Assembly (NCBI GenBank): GCA_046348915.1 | Contig: JAXMDH010000037.1 | Location: 1,004 to 65,003 of the forward strand | Origin: Amaricoccus sp. | GTDB taxonomy: Bacteria; Pseudomonadota; Alphaproteobacteria; Rhodobacterales; Rhodobacteraceae | Direction: 5' to 3' | Length of the DNA: 64,000 nt | Part shown: one piece after another, positions 11,809-23,262 of the stretch | Layout of the letters: every line of letters begins with the position of its first letter | Position numbering within the stretch: the stretch's first letter is position 1 | Notes under the pieces: model-generated | Databases searched by the model: none | Told to the model about the DNA's origin: nothing | The model's input: the letters and a program-made list of their open reading frames with translations, nothing else | Made by a program: the position numbers and the translations under genes

Positions 11809-12792
11809 TTATACCCCGTAACGTTCGCCGCCCACTTTTCCGCCAAGCTCGTCCTCGACGTGCGCCGCGACGATGGCATCGAACGAGTCGTCGGCGCGGA
11901 AACCGAGCGCGGTCGCGCGCGCGGCGTCGAAGCGCGTCGGCCATCCGGCGACGATCTTCGCGATCACCGGGTCCGGCTCGCGCCGGATCAGGCCGACCGC
12001 CCGGTCGCCCGCCGCCCGCCGCAGCGCCTCGATCTCCTCGCCGACCGTCGCCGACACGCCGGGCATGGTCAGGCAGCGCCGCGCGCCGAGCGGAGCCGTG
12101 TCCAGCGTCAGCGCGTGCCGGAAGAAGCCGATCGCCGCCCGCGGGCTAGCATGCCAGTGCCGTACCTCGTCGCCGACCGGAAGCACCGCCTCCTTTCCCG
12201 CCAGCGGCTCGCGCAGGATGTTGGAGAAGAACCCCGACGCCGCCTTGTTGGGCGCTCCGGGCCGGATGCAGATCGTCGGCAGCCGTATCCCGAACCCGTC
12301 GAAGATGCCGCGCCGCGAGTAGTCGTTGAGCAGGAGTTCCGCCATCGCCTTCTGCGTGCCGTAGCTCGTCAGCGGGGTCAGGTGGAACGCGTCGGGGATG
12401 GTGTCGGGGAACGGCGCCCCGAAGACCGCGATCGACGAGGCGAAGATCACCCGCGGCCGGTAGCTGTCGAGCGCCCGGATCGCCTCGAACACATGCCGCG
12501 TGCCGTCGAAGTTGACCGCATACCCCTTCTCGAAGTCGGCCTCGGCCTCGCCCGAGACGATGGCGGAAAGATGCACGACGACGTCCGGTCGCTCGGCGAT
12601 CCGCGCCGCCACTGCGGCCGCGTCCGTGATGTCGAGGGTCGCCGTCGTCACCGGGAACCCGGCTGACGGCGGGGGCGGGGCCGCCACGTCGACCAGCGTC
12701 AGCCGGTCGAGCCCGGGCGGTGGGTCGCCGGCGAGCGAGGCCGCGAGCTTGCCGCCGATCATCCCGGCAGCCCCGATGACGAGGATGTGCAT
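11809..12792 (-). CDS. denD: D-erythronate dehydrogenase-like NAD-dependent epimerase/dehydrogenase
   Basis: GAAGMIG Rossmann motif; HLSAIVSGEAEADF, SYGTQK, RLPTICIRPGAPNKAASGFFSNILREPL. Confidence 0.85.
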   Translation of the reverse strand: MHILVIGAAGMIGGKLAASLAGDPPPGLDRLTLVDVAAPPPPSAGFPVTTATLDITDAAAVAARIAERPDVVVHLSAIVSGEAEADFEKGYAVNFDGTRHVFEAIRALDSYRPRVIFASSIAVFGAPFPDTIPDAFHLTPLTSYGTQKAMAELLLNDYSRRGIFDGFGIRLPTICIRPGAPNKAASGFFSNILREPLAGKEAVLPVGDEVRHWHASPRAAIGFFRHALTLDTAPLGARRCLTMPGVSATVGEEIEALRRAAGDRAVGLIRREPDPVIAKIVAGWPTRFDAARATALGFRADDSFDAIVAAHVEDELGGKVGGERYGV

Positions 12793-12889
12793 CCGCTCTC
12801 TCCGGTTTTCGCCTCGCTAGCACGGGCATTGCCCGGGAACCAGCGGCGCGGCTGCAGGGTTGGTCGGCTTTCCCGTGACGGAGGATGCC

Positions 12890-13210
12890 ATGTCCACCCA
12901 CACCCTGACCGCGCTCTTCAGCGACGCTTCCAGCGCCGAGCGCGCCGCCGACCTGCTGCGCGGGATCGGGGTTCCCGAAGCCTCGCTCGAAATCCACCAG
13001 GCGGTTGCGGGCGACAGCCTGCCCGGCAACGCCGCCGGCGCGGGGCTCTTTGGCGTCGCCGACCCGTTGCTGCCGTCCGCGGCGGCCGGATCGGATCTTC
13101 CCCGGACGGTCGTGGTCGCGATGCGCGTTCCGGACGAACTGACATCGCAGGCGCTCGCGATCCTGCGCGAGGATGCCATCGACGTCGAGCAGCAGCACGA
13201 CGCCGCCTGA
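12890..13210 (+). CDS. Small hypothetical protein
   Basis: GGAGG RBS before ATG; MSTHTLTALFSDASSAERAADLLRGIGV looks like a general-stress/signal-transducer-type beta-alpha start. Confidence 0.6.
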   Translation: MSTHTLTALFSDASSAERAADLLRGIGVPEASLEIHQAVAGDSLPGNAAGAGLFGVADPLLPSAAAGSDLPRTVVVAMRVPDELTSQALAILREDAIDVEQQHDAA

Positions 13211-13284
13211 CGGCTGCCCGCCAGTTCCCGTTTGACAACCCCCGCGCTGCCCCCGAGCGTGGGGCGCGAGCGGGAGGTTGGGCC

Positions 13285-14277
13285 ATGGGATTTCACGCGG
13301 TCGTCGTCGACAGGGACGCCGAGGGCAGGACGCAGGCGGCGGTGCGGGAGATCGCTGCCGATGACCTGCCCGACGGCGAGATCACGGTCGCCGTCGACTA
13401 TTCGACGCTGAACTACAAGGACGGCCTCTGCCTCGGCCCCGGCGCAGGCCTCGTGCGCAGGTACCCGCACGTTCCCGGCGTCGATTTCGCCGGAAGGGTC
13501 GAGACGTCGTCCGACCCGCGTTATCGCGTGGGCGACCCGGTGGTCCTGACCGGCTGGCGGGTCGGGGAGGCGCACTGGGGCGGCTACGCCCAGAAGGCAC
13601 GGGTGAAGGCCGACTGGCTCGTGCCGCTCCCCGCCGGCCTCACCTTGCGCCAGTCGATGGCGATCGGCACCGCCGGCCTGACCGCGATGCTGGCGGTGAT
13701 GGCGCTCGAAGCCCACGGGCTGGTGCCGGGGCACGGCCCCGTCCTCGTGACCGGCGCCGCCGGGGGGGTCGGGTCGGTCGCGGTCGCCGTGCTGGCGCGG
13801 CTCGGCCACGAGGTTGCCGCCGTCACCGGCCGCCCCGGGTCGGCCGCCTATCTCGAGCGTCTCGGCGCCGCCCGGATCGTGCCGCGCGCCGACCTTGCCG
13901 AGCCCGGTGCCCGACCGCTCGAGTCGGAAACCTGGGCCGGCTGCATCGACGCCGTCGGCGGCCCGATGCTCTCGCGGGTGACGAAGCAGCTGAAGTACCG
14001 CGCCGCCGTTGCCGCCGTCGGCAACGCCGGCGGCGTCGACGTTCCGCTCAACATCATTCCCTTCCTGCTCCGCGGCGTGAGCCTCCTCGGCATCGACAGC
14101 GTGCTGCAGCCCTTCGCCGCCCGCCGCCAGGCCTGGGACCGCCTCGTCCGCGACCTCGACCTCGACCTGCTCGACACCATGGTCCGCCCGGCGACCCTCG
14201 CCGAGCTTCCCGCCCTCGGTGCGGACATCCTGAAGGGCCGGGTGCAGGGCCGGGTCGTCGTCGACGTCAACGCGTAG
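13285..14277 (+). CDS. acuI: Acryloyl-CoA reductase AcuI (YhdH/MDR family)
   Basis: YSTLNYKDGL, PHVPGVDFAG, HWGGYAQKARV, IGTAGLTAML, VTGAAGGVGS, PFLLRGVSLLGIDSV. Confidence 0.92.
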   Translation: MGFHAVVVDRDAEGRTQAAVREIAADDLPDGEITVAVDYSTLNYKDGLCLGPGAGLVRRYPHVPGVDFAGRVETSSDPRYRVGDPVVLTGWRVGEAHWGGYAQKARVKADWLVPLPAGLTLRQSMAIGTAGLTAMLAVMALEAHGLVPGHGPVLVTGAAGGVGSVAVAVLARLGHEVAAVTGRPGSAAYLERLGAARIVPRADLAEPGARPLESETWAGCIDAVGGPMLSRVTKQLKYRAAVAAVGNAGGVDVPLNIIPFLLRGVSLLGIDSVLQPFAARRQAWDRLVRDLDLDLLDTMVRPATLAELPALGADILKGRVQGRVVVDVNA

Positions 14278-14402
14278 CCGGGCGGGCTGCCCGGACCAGG
14301 GGGAGCCGCCTCAAAACCACCGTCACCGCCGCGTGCCTGCAGCGGTGACACCGCGCCGTCGACCGGCTAACCACGGGGGCGCCGCAGCGGATCGAACCCC
14401 CG

Positions 14403-15563
14403 ATGTACCTTCCACTCTTCGCCCTCCTCCTCGGCGCCTTCTGCATCGGCACGACCGAGCTCGTGGTCGCCGGCATCCTGCCGGCGATCGCGGCCGACCT
14501 CGGCGTGAGCATCCCGCGCGCCGGGATGCTCGTCACCGGCTACGCGGTCGCCGTGGCGATCGGCGGCCCGCTGATGATGGCCGTCGCCGGCCGCTGGTCG
14601 CGCAAGCGCGGCATCATCGGCGTGACGCTGATCTTCATGCTCGGGCACCTCGTCTGCGGCTTCGCCCCGAGCTTCGCGATGCTGATGGCCGGCCGGGTGA
14701 TCGCGGCGGCGGCGCACGGCTGCTTCTTCGGCTTCGCCATCGTGCTCGCGACCGCGGGCGTCCCGGCCAACCGCCGCGCCACCGCGCTTTCGATCGTGGT
14801 CGGCGGCGTCAACGTCGCGAACGTGATCGGGGTGCCGCTCGGGACCGCGGTCGGCAACGCCTTCGGCTGGCGCGCCACCTTCTTCATGATCGCCGGTTGC
14901 GCGCTGGTCGCGGCGCTGGCGATCGCGCTCCTCGTGCACGACACTTCGGCCGCGCGCACCGGGAGGCCGCTCGGGCAGCAGATCCGGGCGCTGATGAACC
15001 GGACGGTGCTGACCGCCTACGGCATCATCGTGCTGCAGATGACCGCGGTCTTCGCGCTCCTCACCTTCATCGCGCCCTACATGCAGCAGGTGGCCGGCAT
15101 CGGCCCCGACGGGTTACCCGCGGTGCTGCTCGCGAGCGGGATCGCCGGCACCGTCGGTGTCTTCGCCGGCGGGGCCCTGGTCGACCGGGCGCCCACCGTG
15201 GCGCTCGTCGTGAGCTCCGCGGCCGCGGTGGCTACGATGGCGGCGGTCTGGCTCGGGACGCCCGCGTCGGCCACGGTCGGGGTCGCGGCCTTCGCCGCGG
15301 CGAGCGTCGCCGGCAACGTCGCCACGCTGGCGGCGCAGCACCGCATCCTGATCGGCTCGGTACGGGCGCCCGAGCTCGCCTCGACGCTGATGTCGACCGT
15401 GTTCAACACCGGCATCGCCGCCGGTGCCGGCCTCGGCGCCTGGCTGATCGCAGGCGGCACGCCTTACCAGGCGCTGCCGCTCTTCGGCGTCATGTGCCTG
15501 TCCGGCGCCACCCTCCTGGCGCTGACCACCCTCTTCGACGACCCGAGGCGCGGGGCGCCCTAG
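14403..15563 (+). CDS. MFS transporter, DHA1 family
   Basis: GAFCIGTTELVVAGILPAIAADLGVSI, GVPLGTAVGNAFGWRATF; about 12 hydrophobic segments. Confidence 0.92.
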   Translation: MYLPLFALLLGAFCIGTTELVVAGILPAIAADLGVSIPRAGMLVTGYAVAVAIGGPLMMAVAGRWSRKRGIIGVTLIFMLGHLVCGFAPSFAMLMAGRVIAAAAHGCFFGFAIVLATAGVPANRRATALSIVVGGVNVANVIGVPLGTAVGNAFGWRATFFMIAGCALVAALAIALLVHDTSAARTGRPLGQQIRALMNRTVLTAYGIIVLQMTAVFALLTFIAPYMQQVAGIGPDGLPAVLLASGIAGTVGVFAGGALVDRAPTVALVVSSAAAVATMAAVWLGTPASATVGVAAFAAASVAGNVATLAAQHRILIGSVRAPELASTLMSTVFNTGIAAGAGLGAWLIAGGTPYQALPLFGVMCLSGATLLALTTLFDDPRRGAP

Positions 15564-15576
15564 TCTCCCGGTGGCT

Positions 15577-15766
15577 GCCCCGTTCCCCCTTCGGACTATC
15601 AGGCAGTGCCTGGGGGGTCGAAGGGGGGCGGCGAGCGCCCCCTCGGGCCGCCCCGAGAGCCGCCCGGTCCTCCGGGAGCAAGGGAGCGCCCGCCCGGCCT
15701 TCGGCCCAGAGGCCCGCGCATGCGGGCGACGGCGCCAAAGCGCCGATGGCGCCCTCGCGTCCCTGC
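15577..15766 (+). repeat. ~190-bp dispersed structured repeat, copy 1
   Basis: Shares ordered blocks (TATC.GGCAGTGCC.GGGGGGTCGA, GCCCCCTCGGGCC, GAGCAAGGG, CCGCGCATGCGG, GGCGCCAAAGCGCC) with the reverse complement of 29750-29940. Confidence 0.8.
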
Positions 15767-15823
15767 GACGTGGTCCGACGGAGCAGCTACACCACCTCAG
15801 GGCAAACGACCGTTCGTCGCCCC

Positions 15824-16528
15824 TCAGGCGGCGGCGGTCATCGCATAGCCGGGCCGGCACGCGAGCCGCACGGTGGTGATCGCGCCGAGGTCGTTCCAGG
15901 TCGTCCGCTCGATAATGAGCAGCGCCTGGCCCCGCTCGGTCCGCAGCAGGCGGGCGTCGCGGGCGTCGGCGTTGGCGGCGGCGAAGGTCAGGTCGGCGCG
16001 CAGGTAGGGGGCGTTGCGGACCAGCCACTCGTTGGCGTTCACCTGCCGGAAGTCGACGGCTGCCAGTTCCGGCACCGCGCCGGGGTTGATCCAGCGGTCC
16101 TCGAGCTGGAACGGCTGCCCGTCGCCGGAGTGAACCGCCCGGAGGTGCAGCAGCGGCGCGCCTTCGGGGAGGGAGAGCCGTTCGGCGAGCGAGGGCGGCA
16201 GCGGGCTGCGGCGCAAGGCGACGACGCGGTGGGAATATTCCATGCCGGCGCCCTCGATCTGCTCGCGGACGATCGGGATCGCGAAGGTCGCCTTGCGGAC
16301 CGGGTCGATGGCGACCCGGGTGCCGGCGCGGCGCCGCCGGTCGAGCAGCCCCTCGTCGGCCAGGAGCTGCAGCGCCTTGTTGACCGTCGCCCGCGCCGCC
16401 CCGAACTCGGCCGCGAGGTCGGCCTCGTCCGGGATGCGGTCCCCCTGCCGCCACTCGCGCTCGACGATCCGCCGCCGCACCTCGCCGGCGATCCCCTGCG
16501 CCTTGGCCGACGTCGGACTGCCGGTCAC
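15824..16528 (-). CDS. hutC: Histidine utilization repressor (GntR/UTRA)
   Basis: GTG start overlapping hutF stop; GDRIPDEADLAAEFGAARATVNKAL HTH; UTRA region FQLEDRWIN...IIERTTW. Confidence 0.9.
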   Translation of the reverse strand: MTGSPTSAKAQGIAGEVRRRIVEREWRQGDRIPDEADLAAEFGAARATVNKALQLLADEGLLDRRRRAGTRVAIDPVRKATFAIPIVREQIEGAGMEYSHRVVALRRSPLPPSLAERLSLPEGAPLLHLRAVHSGDGQPFQLEDRWINPGAVPELAAVDFRQVNANEWLVRNAPYLRADLTFAAANADARDARLLRTERGQALLIIERTTWNDLGAITTVRLACRPGYAMTAAA

Positions 16529-17889
16529 AGCCGCGCCTTCAGCCCGGCGATGCAGGCGAGATAGCCGGCGACGATGGCGTCGCGCCCGACGTGCCGCCCC
16601 TCGCGCACCATGTGCCGCCCGGCCGCCCAGACGTCGGTCACCAGCCCGTCTCCCCCGGCGAAGACCAGGCTGTCGAGCAGGGTGTCGCCTTCGCGGCCGG
16701 CCATGACCGGGTTGGCGAGGTCGACGGCGCAGAGGTCGGCCCAGCGTCCCGGCGCGATCGCGCCGGTCGCGCGTCCTGCCGCCGTCGCCCCCCCGTCGAG
16801 CCCGGCCTCGTAGAGCACCCGCCCCGTCGAACGGCCGGGCTCCGCGAGGATCGCCCGGGCGGTATCGCGCAGGCGCTGGCTGTATTCGAGGGTCCGGAGT
16901 TCCTCGACCAGCGAGATGCGGATGTTGCTGTCGGATCCGAACCCGAGCCGCCCTCGGGCGTCGCGCCAGACCGTGCCGTTGAAGATCCCGTCGCCGAGGC
17001 TCGACTCGGTGATCGGGCAGAGCCCGGCGACGGCGCCGGTCGCCGCGAGCCGTCGGGTCTCGTCGTCGGTCATGTGCGTCAGGTGGATCAGCGTCCAGCG
17101 GTGGTCCGGGGCGTGGCGGTCGAGCAGCCACTCGACCGGGCGGCGGCCCGTCGCGGCTTGGACCTCCTCGACCTCGGGGATCTGCTCGGCCAGGTGCATG
17201 TGCAGCGGGCGGCCGGGGCGCAGGTCGGTGCAGAGCGCCAGGCCCTCGGGGCTGACGGCGCGCAGCGAGTGGGGTGCGAGGCCGATGCCGGCGTCGGCCG
17301 GCAGGCCGCGCAGGGTCGCCTCGGCGGCGTCGAGCAGGCGCTGGAAGCCGTCGGGGTCGGTGCCGAAGCGGACCTGCCCCGGCCCGAGCGGCCGCCGGTC
17401 GAGGCCGCCGAACTGGTAATGCACCGGCAAGAGCGTCAGCCCGATCCCGGTGCGCTCGGCGGCCGCGGCGATCCGCCCCGACATCTCGGCGATGTCGGCA
17501 TAGGATGCGCCTCCCGGCTGATGGTGCAGGTAGTGGAACTCGACGTTGGTGGCGTAGCCGGCTTCGAGCATCTCCATCTGGACCAGCGCCGCAATCGCCT
17601 CGACGTCGTCGGGCGTGAGGTGATCGAGGAAGCGGTACATGATCTGCCGCCAGGTCCAGAAGGTGTCGCGCGGATGCGGCCCGCGCGCCTCCGACAGCCC
17701 GGCCATCGCCCGCTGGAAAGCGTGCGAATGCAGGTTGGCGAGCGCCGGCAAGAGCAGGGCGACGCGCTCGCCCTCGGCCGGAGCGCCGGGGGCGACCGCG
17801 GCGATGCGACCGTCCGCGGCGATCTCGACCCGGACCGCTTCCGCCCATCCGTCCGGCAGCAGCGCCCGCTCCGCCCAGAGCACCGACAT
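16525..17889 (-). CDS. hutF: Formimidoylglutamate deiminase
   Basis: NLHSHAFQRAMAG, EFHYLHH, APHSLRAV, HMHLAEQ, CPITESSLGDG, GSDSN. Confidence 0.95.
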   Translation of the reverse strand: MSVLWAERALLPDGWAEAVRVEIAADGRIAAVAPGAPAEGERVALLLPALANLHSHAFQRAMAGLSEARGPHPRDTFWTWRQIMYRFLDHLTPDDVEAIAALVQMEMLEAGYATNVEFHYLHHQPGGASYADIAEMSGRIAAAAERTGIGLTLLPVHYQFGGLDRRPLGPGQVRFGTDPDGFQRLLDAAEATLRGLPADAGIGLAPHSLRAVSPEGLALCTDLRPGRPLHMHLAEQIPEVEEVQAATGRRPVEWLLDRHAPDHRWTLIHLTHMTDDETRRLAATGAVAGLCPITESSLGDGIFNGTVWRDARGRLGFGSDSNIRISLVEELRTLEYSQRLRDTARAILAEPGRSTGRVLYEAGLDGGATAAGRATGAIAPGRWADLCAVDLANPVMAGREGDTLLDSLVFAGGDGLVTDVWAAGRHMVREGRHVGRDAIVAGYLACIAGLKARL

Positions 17890-17930
17890 TCGCAACCTCC
17901 CTGCCCTATTGGCGGCTCCATAGCGCGGAG

Positions 17931-17975
17931 GGAAAATTATGTCTAGACATATTTCCGCCTTAAGCCTAGACATAT
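17931..17975. promoter_or_regulatory. HutC operator palindrome plus a second half-site in the divergent hutF/hutI promoter
   Basis: GGAAA-at-TATGTCTAGACATA-TTTCC palindrome (17931-17956), then a repeated CTAGACATAT (17966-17975); resembles the TGTA-N2-TACA HutC consensus. Confidence 0.8.
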
Positions 17976-17999
17976 CCCGACTCGGGCGGGAGGAAGACG

Positions 18000-19199
18000 G
18001 TGCAGGTTCTGACCCATGCAGCGCTGGCGCGAATGGACGCGGGATCGGGCTATGGCCTGATCGGCGACGGCGCGCTGGCGATCGAGGGCGACCGGATCGC
18101 CTGGGTCGGGCCGGCGGGCGAGCTGCCGGAGCGGTTCGCCGGCGCGCCGCGGCGCGACCTCGGCGGGCGTCTGGTGACTCCGGGGCTTATCGACTGCCAC
18201 ACGCATATCGTCTTCGGCGGCGAACGGGCGCGCGAGTTCGAGATGCGGCTCGAGGGTTCGAGCTACGAGGAGATCGCCCGCGCCGGCGGCGGCATCCTGT
18301 CGAGCGTGCGCGCAACCCGCGCGGCGAGCGAGGCGGAGCTGCTGGAAGCTGCGCTGCCGCGGGTCGATGCGCTGATCGCCGAGGGCGTGACGACGCTCGA
18401 GGTCAAGTCGGGCTACGGACTCGACGTCGAGACCGAGCTCCGGATGCTGCGCGTCGCCCGCGCCATCGCCGCCGCGCGGCCGGTCGGCGTGGTCACCAGC
18501 TGGCTCGCCGCCCACGCGCTGCCGCCCGAGTACCGCGACGATCGGGCCGGCTACCTGCGCGAGGTGGTGATCGCCGGGTTGGACGCAGCCCATGCCGAGG
18601 GGCTGGTCGACGCGGTCGACGGCTTCTGCGAGGGCATCGCCTTCAGCCCGGACGAGATCGGGGCCGTCTTCGAGCACGCGAGGTCGCTCGGGCTGCCGGT
18701 CAAGCTGCACGCCGAGCAGCTCAGCGATCTCGGCGGCGCGGCGCTGGCGGCCCGGTCGGGCGCCCTGTCCGCCGACCACCTCGAATGGCTCGGGCCGGAC
18801 GGTGTCGCGGCGATGGCTGCGGCGGGCACGGTCGCGGTGCTGTTGCCGGGGGCGTTCTACACGCTGCGGGAAACGAAGCTGCCGCCGGTGCAGGCGCTGC
18901 GCGACGCCGGCATCCCGATCGCGATCGCCACCGACTGCAACCCGGGGACGTCGCCGCTGACCTCGGTGCTGCTGGCGATGAACATGGGGGCGACGCTGTT
19001 CCGGCTGACGCCCGCCGAATGCCTCGCCGGCGTCACGCGCAATGCCGCCCGCGCGATCGGCCTCGACGATCGCGGAATGATCGCGGCCGGGAGGCGCGCG
19101 GACCTCGCGATCTGGGACGTCCGCGCGCCCGCCGAGCTCAGCTACCGCATCGGCTTCAACCCGCTCCACGCCCGCGTCTTCGGAGGCCAGCTTGCCTGA
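18000..19199 (+). CDS. hutI: Imidazolonepropionase
   Basis: [40 protein letters not shown]. Confidence 0.96.
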   Translation: MQVLTHAALARMDAGSGYGLIGDGALAIEGDRIAWVGPAGELPERFAGAPRRDLGGRLVTPGLIDCHTHIVFGGERAREFEMRLEGSSYEEIARAGGGILSSVRATRAASEAELLEAALPRVDALIAEGVTTLEVKSGYGLDVETELRMLRVARAIAAARPVGVVTSWLAAHALPPEYRDDRAGYLREVVIAGLDAAHAEGLVDAVDGFCEGIAFSPDEIGAVFEHARSLGLPVKLHAEQLSDLGGAALAARSGALSADHLEWLGPDGVAAMAAAGTVAVLLPGAFYTLRETKLPPVQALRDAGIPIAIATDCNPGTSPLTSVLLAMNMGATLFRLTPAECLAGVTRNAARAIGLDDRGMIAAGRRADLAIWDVRAPAELSYRIGFNPLHARVFGGQLA

Positions 19200-20733
19200 G
19201 ATCGTGCTCACTCCCGGCGAGGCGATCCTCGCCGAGCTCGAGGCCGTCTGGCGCGAGGGCCTGGCGGTGCGGCTCGCCGACAGCGCCCGCCCCGGCATTG
19301 CCGCCTCGGCGGCCCGCATCGACGCCGCCGCCCGCGGCGGCGCGCCGGTCTATGGCGTGAACACGGGCTTCGGCAAGCTCGCCTCGATCAAGATCGCTGC
19401 CAAGGATACCGCCACGTTGCAGCGCAACCTCATCCTCTCGCACTGCTGCGGCGTCGGCGAGCCGGTGGAGCCGGAAACCGTCCGGCTGATCCTGGCACTC
19501 AAGCTGCTGTCCCTCGGCCGCGGCGCCTCCGGCGTTCGGCCGGAAGTCATCGCGCTGATCGAGGGAATGCTCGCGAGGGACGTGCTGCCGGTCATCCCCT
19601 CGCAAGGCTCGGTCGGCGCCTCCGGCGACCTCGCGCCCCTCGCGCACATGGCCGCCGCCATGCTCGGCGAAGGGCGGGCGGTCCACGACGGCCGGGAGTT
19701 GCCGGCCGCGGAGGCGCTGCGCGCCGCCGGGCTCGCGCCGGTGGTGCTGGCCGCGAAGGAGGGGCTGGCGCTGATAAACGGCACGCAGGTCTCGACCGCC
19801 TTCGCCCTTGCCGGTCTCTTCGACGCCTTCCGGGCGGCGCGGGCGGCCCTGGTCGCGTCGGCGGTCTCGACCGACGCGATCATGGGCTCGACCGCGCCCC
19901 TCTACGACGAGATCCATCGGCTGCGCGGTCATCGGGGGCAGATCCTGGCGGCGCGCGTGATGCGCGAGCTGCTCGCGGGGTCGGAGATCCGCGAGAGCCA
20001 CCGGACCGGCGACACCCGCGTGCAGGACCCCTACTGCATCCGCTGCCAGCCGCAGGTCACCGGCGCCTGCATCGACCTCTTGACCCAGGCCGGCCGCACG
20101 CTCGAGGTCGAGGCGAACGCCGCCACCGACAACCCGCTGGTGCTGGCCGAGACCGGCGAGATTGTTTCGGGCGGCAACTTCCACGCCGAACCGGTGGCGT
20201 TTGCGGCCGACCAGATCGCCCTCGCGATCGCCGAGATCGGCTCGATCTCGCAGCGGCGGATCGCGCTGATGGTCGATCCGGCGCTGAGCCACGACCTGCC
20301 GCCGTTCCTCACCCCGGATCCGGGGCTCAACAGCGGGCTGATGATCGCCGAGGTGACCTCGGCCGCGCTGATGAGCGAGAACAAGCACCTGGCGACGCCC
20401 TGCTCCACCGACTCGACGCCGACGAGCGCCAACCAGGAGGACCACGTGTCGATGGCGGCGCACGGCGCCCGGCGGCTGCGGCGGATGAACGCGAACCTCG
20501 CGCAGATCGTCGGCATCGAGGCGCTGTGCGCCGCCGCCGGCGTGGAGTTCCGGGCGCCGCTGCTGACCTCCGCGCCGCTCGTCGCGGTGATTGCCCGGCT
20601 CCGCGACGAGATCCCGCCGCTCGGGCAGGACCGCTATCTCGCCCCCGACCTCGCCGCCGCGGCCCGGCTGGTGCGCAGCGGGGCGCTCGTCGATGCCCTG
20701 CCGGCGCCGCTCCTCGCCGAGGTGCGGCCATGA
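19192..20733 (+). CDS. hutH: Histidine ammonia-lyase
   Basis: [21 protein letters not shown] (MIO-forming ASG), [22 protein letters not shown]. Confidence 0.97.
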   Translation: MPEIVLTPGEAILAELEAVWREGLAVRLADSARPGIAASAARIDAAARGGAPVYGVNTGFGKLASIKIAAKDTATLQRNLILSHCCGVGEPVEPETVRLILALKLLSLGRGASGVRPEVIALIEGMLARDVLPVIPSQGSVGASGDLAPLAHMAAAMLGEGRAVHDGRELPAAEALRAAGLAPVVLAAKEGLALINGTQVSTAFALAGLFDAFRAARAALVASAVSTDAIMGSTAPLYDEIHRLRGHRGQILAARVMRELLAGSEIRESHRTGDTRVQDPYCIRCQPQVTGACIDLLTQAGRTLEVEANAATDNPLVLAETGEIVSGGNFHAEPVAFAADQIALAIAEIGSISQRRIALMVDPALSHDLPPFLTPDPGLNSGLMIAEVTSAALMSENKHLATPCSTDSTPTSANQEDHVSMAAHGARRLRRMNANLAQIVGIEALCAAAGVEFRAPLLTSAPLVAVIARLRDEIPPLGQDRYLAPDLAAAARLVRSGALVDALPAPLLAEVRP

Positions 20734-21530
20734 CGCCGGTCGAGGTGCGCCAGGGCGACGGGCCGGTCGTCCTCGGGCTGCCGCATACCGGGACGTGGCT
20801 GCCCGAAGAGGTCCTCGCGCGGCTGAACGAGCGCGGCCGCGAGCTCGCGGATACCGACTGGCACGTCGAGCGGCTCTACGACGGCCTGCTGCCCGCCGCG
20901 ACGACGGTGCGGGCGACGTTCCACCGCTACGTCGTCGACGCGAACCGCGGGCCCGACGACGCCAGCCTCTATCCGGGGCAGAACACGACCGGTCTGGTGC
21001 CCCTGACCGACTTCGACGGCGGGCCGATCTGGAGCGATCCGCCGGATGCGGCGGAGATCGCCGAGCGAGTCGCGCGGTTTCACGCGCCTTATCACGCGGC
21101 GCTGGCGGTGGAGATCGAACGGGTTCGCGCGCGGCACGGCGTCGCCATCCTCTATGACTGCCACTCGATCCGCAGCCACATCCCGTTCCTGTTCGAGGGC
21201 ACGCTCCCCGATTTCAACGTCGGGACCAACGACGGGACGACCTGCGCGCCCGAGGTCGAGCGTATCGTCATGCACATCGTCCGCGGCGTCCCCGGCCGCA
21301 CCTGGGTGCTCAACGGCCGCTTCAAGGGCGGCTGGACCACGCGTCACTACGGCGACCCCGCCGGCGGCGTGCACGCTGTGCAGATGGAGCTCGCCCAATC
21401 GGCCTACCTCAAGTCCGAGGCGCCGCCCTGGGACTACGACCCCGAGCGCGCCGACCGGCTGCGCGAAGCCCTTGCCGACATCCTCGCCACCCTGGCGCAA
21501 GCCGCCGACGACCTGAAGGCCATGCAATGA
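20730..21530 (+). CDS. hutG: N-formylglutamate deformylase
   Basis: [42 protein letters not shown]; ATGA overlap. Confidence 0.95.
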   Translation: MTPVEVRQGDGPVVLGLPHTGTWLPEEVLARLNERGRELADTDWHVERLYDGLLPAATTVRATFHRYVVDANRGPDDASLYPGQNTTGLVPLTDFDGGPIWSDPPDAAEIAERVARFHAPYHAALAVEIERVRARHGVAILYDCHSIRSHIPFLFEGTLPDFNVGTNDGTTCAPEVERIVMHIVRGVPGRTWVLNGRFKGGWTTRHYGDPAGGVHAVQMELAQSAYLKSEAPPWDYDPERADRLREALADILATLAQAADDLKAMQ

Positions 21531-23191
21531 CCGATCCGCGCCACAACACCCGCGACGTCTTCCCGCCGACCGGCCCCGAGATCACCGCCAAGTCCTGGCT
21601 GACCGAGGCGCCGATGCGGATGCTGATGAACAACCTGCATCCGGACGTCGCGGAGAACCCGCACGAGCTCGTCGTCTACGGCGGCATCGGCCGGGCGGCA
21701 CGAACATGGCGCGATTTCGACCTGATCGTCGAGAGCCTGAAGGGGCTCGAATCCGACGAGACGCTGCTCGTGCAATCCGGCAAGCCCGTCGGCATCTTCC
21801 GCACCCACAAGGACGCGCCGCGGGTGCTGATCGCCAACTCGAACCTGGTGCCGCGCTGGGCGACCTGGGACCATTTCAACGAGCTCGATCGCAAGGGCCT
21901 GATGATGTACGGCCAGATGACCGCCGGGTCCTGGATCTACATCGGATCGCAGGGCATCGTGCAGGGCACCTACGAGACCTTCGTCGAGGCCGGCCGCCAG
22001 CACTACGGCGGCGACCTGAAGGGAAAGTGGATCCTGACCGCTGGCCTCGGCGGCATGGGCGGCGCGCAGCCGCTGGCGGCGGTGATGGCCGGGGCTTGCT
22101 GCCTTGCCGTCGAATGCGACGAGACCCGCGCCGACTTCCGGCTGCGGACCCGCTACGTCGACGCGAAGACCCACTCGCTCGACGAGGCGCTGGCGATGAT
22201 CGACCGCTGGACGAAGGCCGGTCAGGCCAAGTCGGTGGCGCTGATCGGCAACGCGGCGGACGTCTTCCCCGAGCTCGTCCGGCGCGGCGTGCGCCCCGAC
22301 GTCGTCACCGACCAGACGTCGGCGCACGATCCCGTCCACGGCTATCTCCCGCAGGGCTGGACCGTCGGCGAGTGGCGGGCGCGGCAGGAGTCGGATCCGA
22401 AGGGGGTCGAGCGCGCCGCCCGGGCGTCCATGCGGACGCAGGTCGAGGCGATGGTCGCCTTCCATGCGTGCGGCATCCCGACCGTCGACTATGGCAACAA
22501 CATCCGCCAGATGGCGCTCGAGGAGGGTTTCGAGAACGCCTTCGCCTTCCCGGGCTTCGTGCCGGCCTACATCCGCCCGCTCTTCTGCCGCGGGGTCGGC
22601 CCGTTCCGCTGGGCGGCGCTGTCGGGCGACCCCGAGGATATCTACCGGACCGATGCCAAGGTGAAGGAGCTCGTCAACGACCCACACCTGCACAACTGGC
22701 TCGACATGGCCCGCGAGCGCATCGCCTTTCAGGGCCTGCCCGCGCGCATCTGCTGGGTCGGCCTCGGACTTCGCCACAAGCTCGGCCTCGCCTTCAACGA
22801 GATGGTGCGGACGGGCGAGCTCTCGGCCCCGATCGTCATCGGCCGTGACCACCTCGACTCGGGCTCGGTCGCCTCGCCCAACCGCGAGACCGAAGGCATG
22901 CGCGATGGCTCCGACGCCGTCTCCGACTGGCCGCTCCTGAACGCGCTCCTGAACACCGCCTCCGGCGCCACCTGGGTGTCGCTGCACCACGGCGGCGGGG
23001 TCGGCATGGGCTTCTCGCAGCATTCCGGGATGGTGATCTGCTGCGACGGTACGGCGGACGCCGACGCCCGCCTCGCGCGCGTGCTCTGGAACGACCCCGC
23101 GACCGGGGTCATGCGCCACGCCGACGCCGGCTACGAGATCGCCCGCGACTGCGCGCGCGAGAACGGGCTCAGGCTGCCGGCGATCCTGTAG
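21527..23191 (+). CDS. hutU: Urocanate hydratase
   Basis: [44 protein letters not shown]. Confidence 0.97.
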   Translation: MTDPRHNTRDVFPPTGPEITAKSWLTEAPMRMLMNNLHPDVAENPHELVVYGGIGRAARTWRDFDLIVESLKGLESDETLLVQSGKPVGIFRTHKDAPRVLIANSNLVPRWATWDHFNELDRKGLMMYGQMTAGSWIYIGSQGIVQGTYETFVEAGRQHYGGDLKGKWILTAGLGGMGGAQPLAAVMAGACCLAVECDETRADFRLRTRYVDAKTHSLDEALAMIDRWTKAGQAKSVALIGNAADVFPELVRRGVRPDVVTDQTSAHDPVHGYLPQGWTVGEWRARQESDPKGVERAARASMRTQVEAMVAFHACGIPTVDYGNNIRQMALEEGFENAFAFPGFVPAYIRPLFCRGVGPFRWAALSGDPEDIYRTDAKVKELVNDPHLHNWLDMARERIAFQGLPARICWVGLGLRHKLGLAFNEMVRTGELSAPIVIGRDHLDSGSVASPNRETEGMRDGSDAVSDWPLLNALLNTASGATWVSLHHGGGVGMGFSQHSGMVICCDGTADADARLARVLWNDPATGVMRHADAGYEIARDCARENGLRLPAIL

Positions 23192-23262
23192 CGGCCCCTG
23201 GCGGTCTTACATGCCGGTCGAGCCCGCGCCTCAGGCGCCATGCATCGCCCTGCCGAGGCTGT

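Noticed and set aside
15824-17848. 674-aa ORF suggesting a hutF-hutC fusion
   Set aside because: The N-terminal part is an out-of-frame shadow of hutF; hutC starts at the GTG overlapping the hutF stop.
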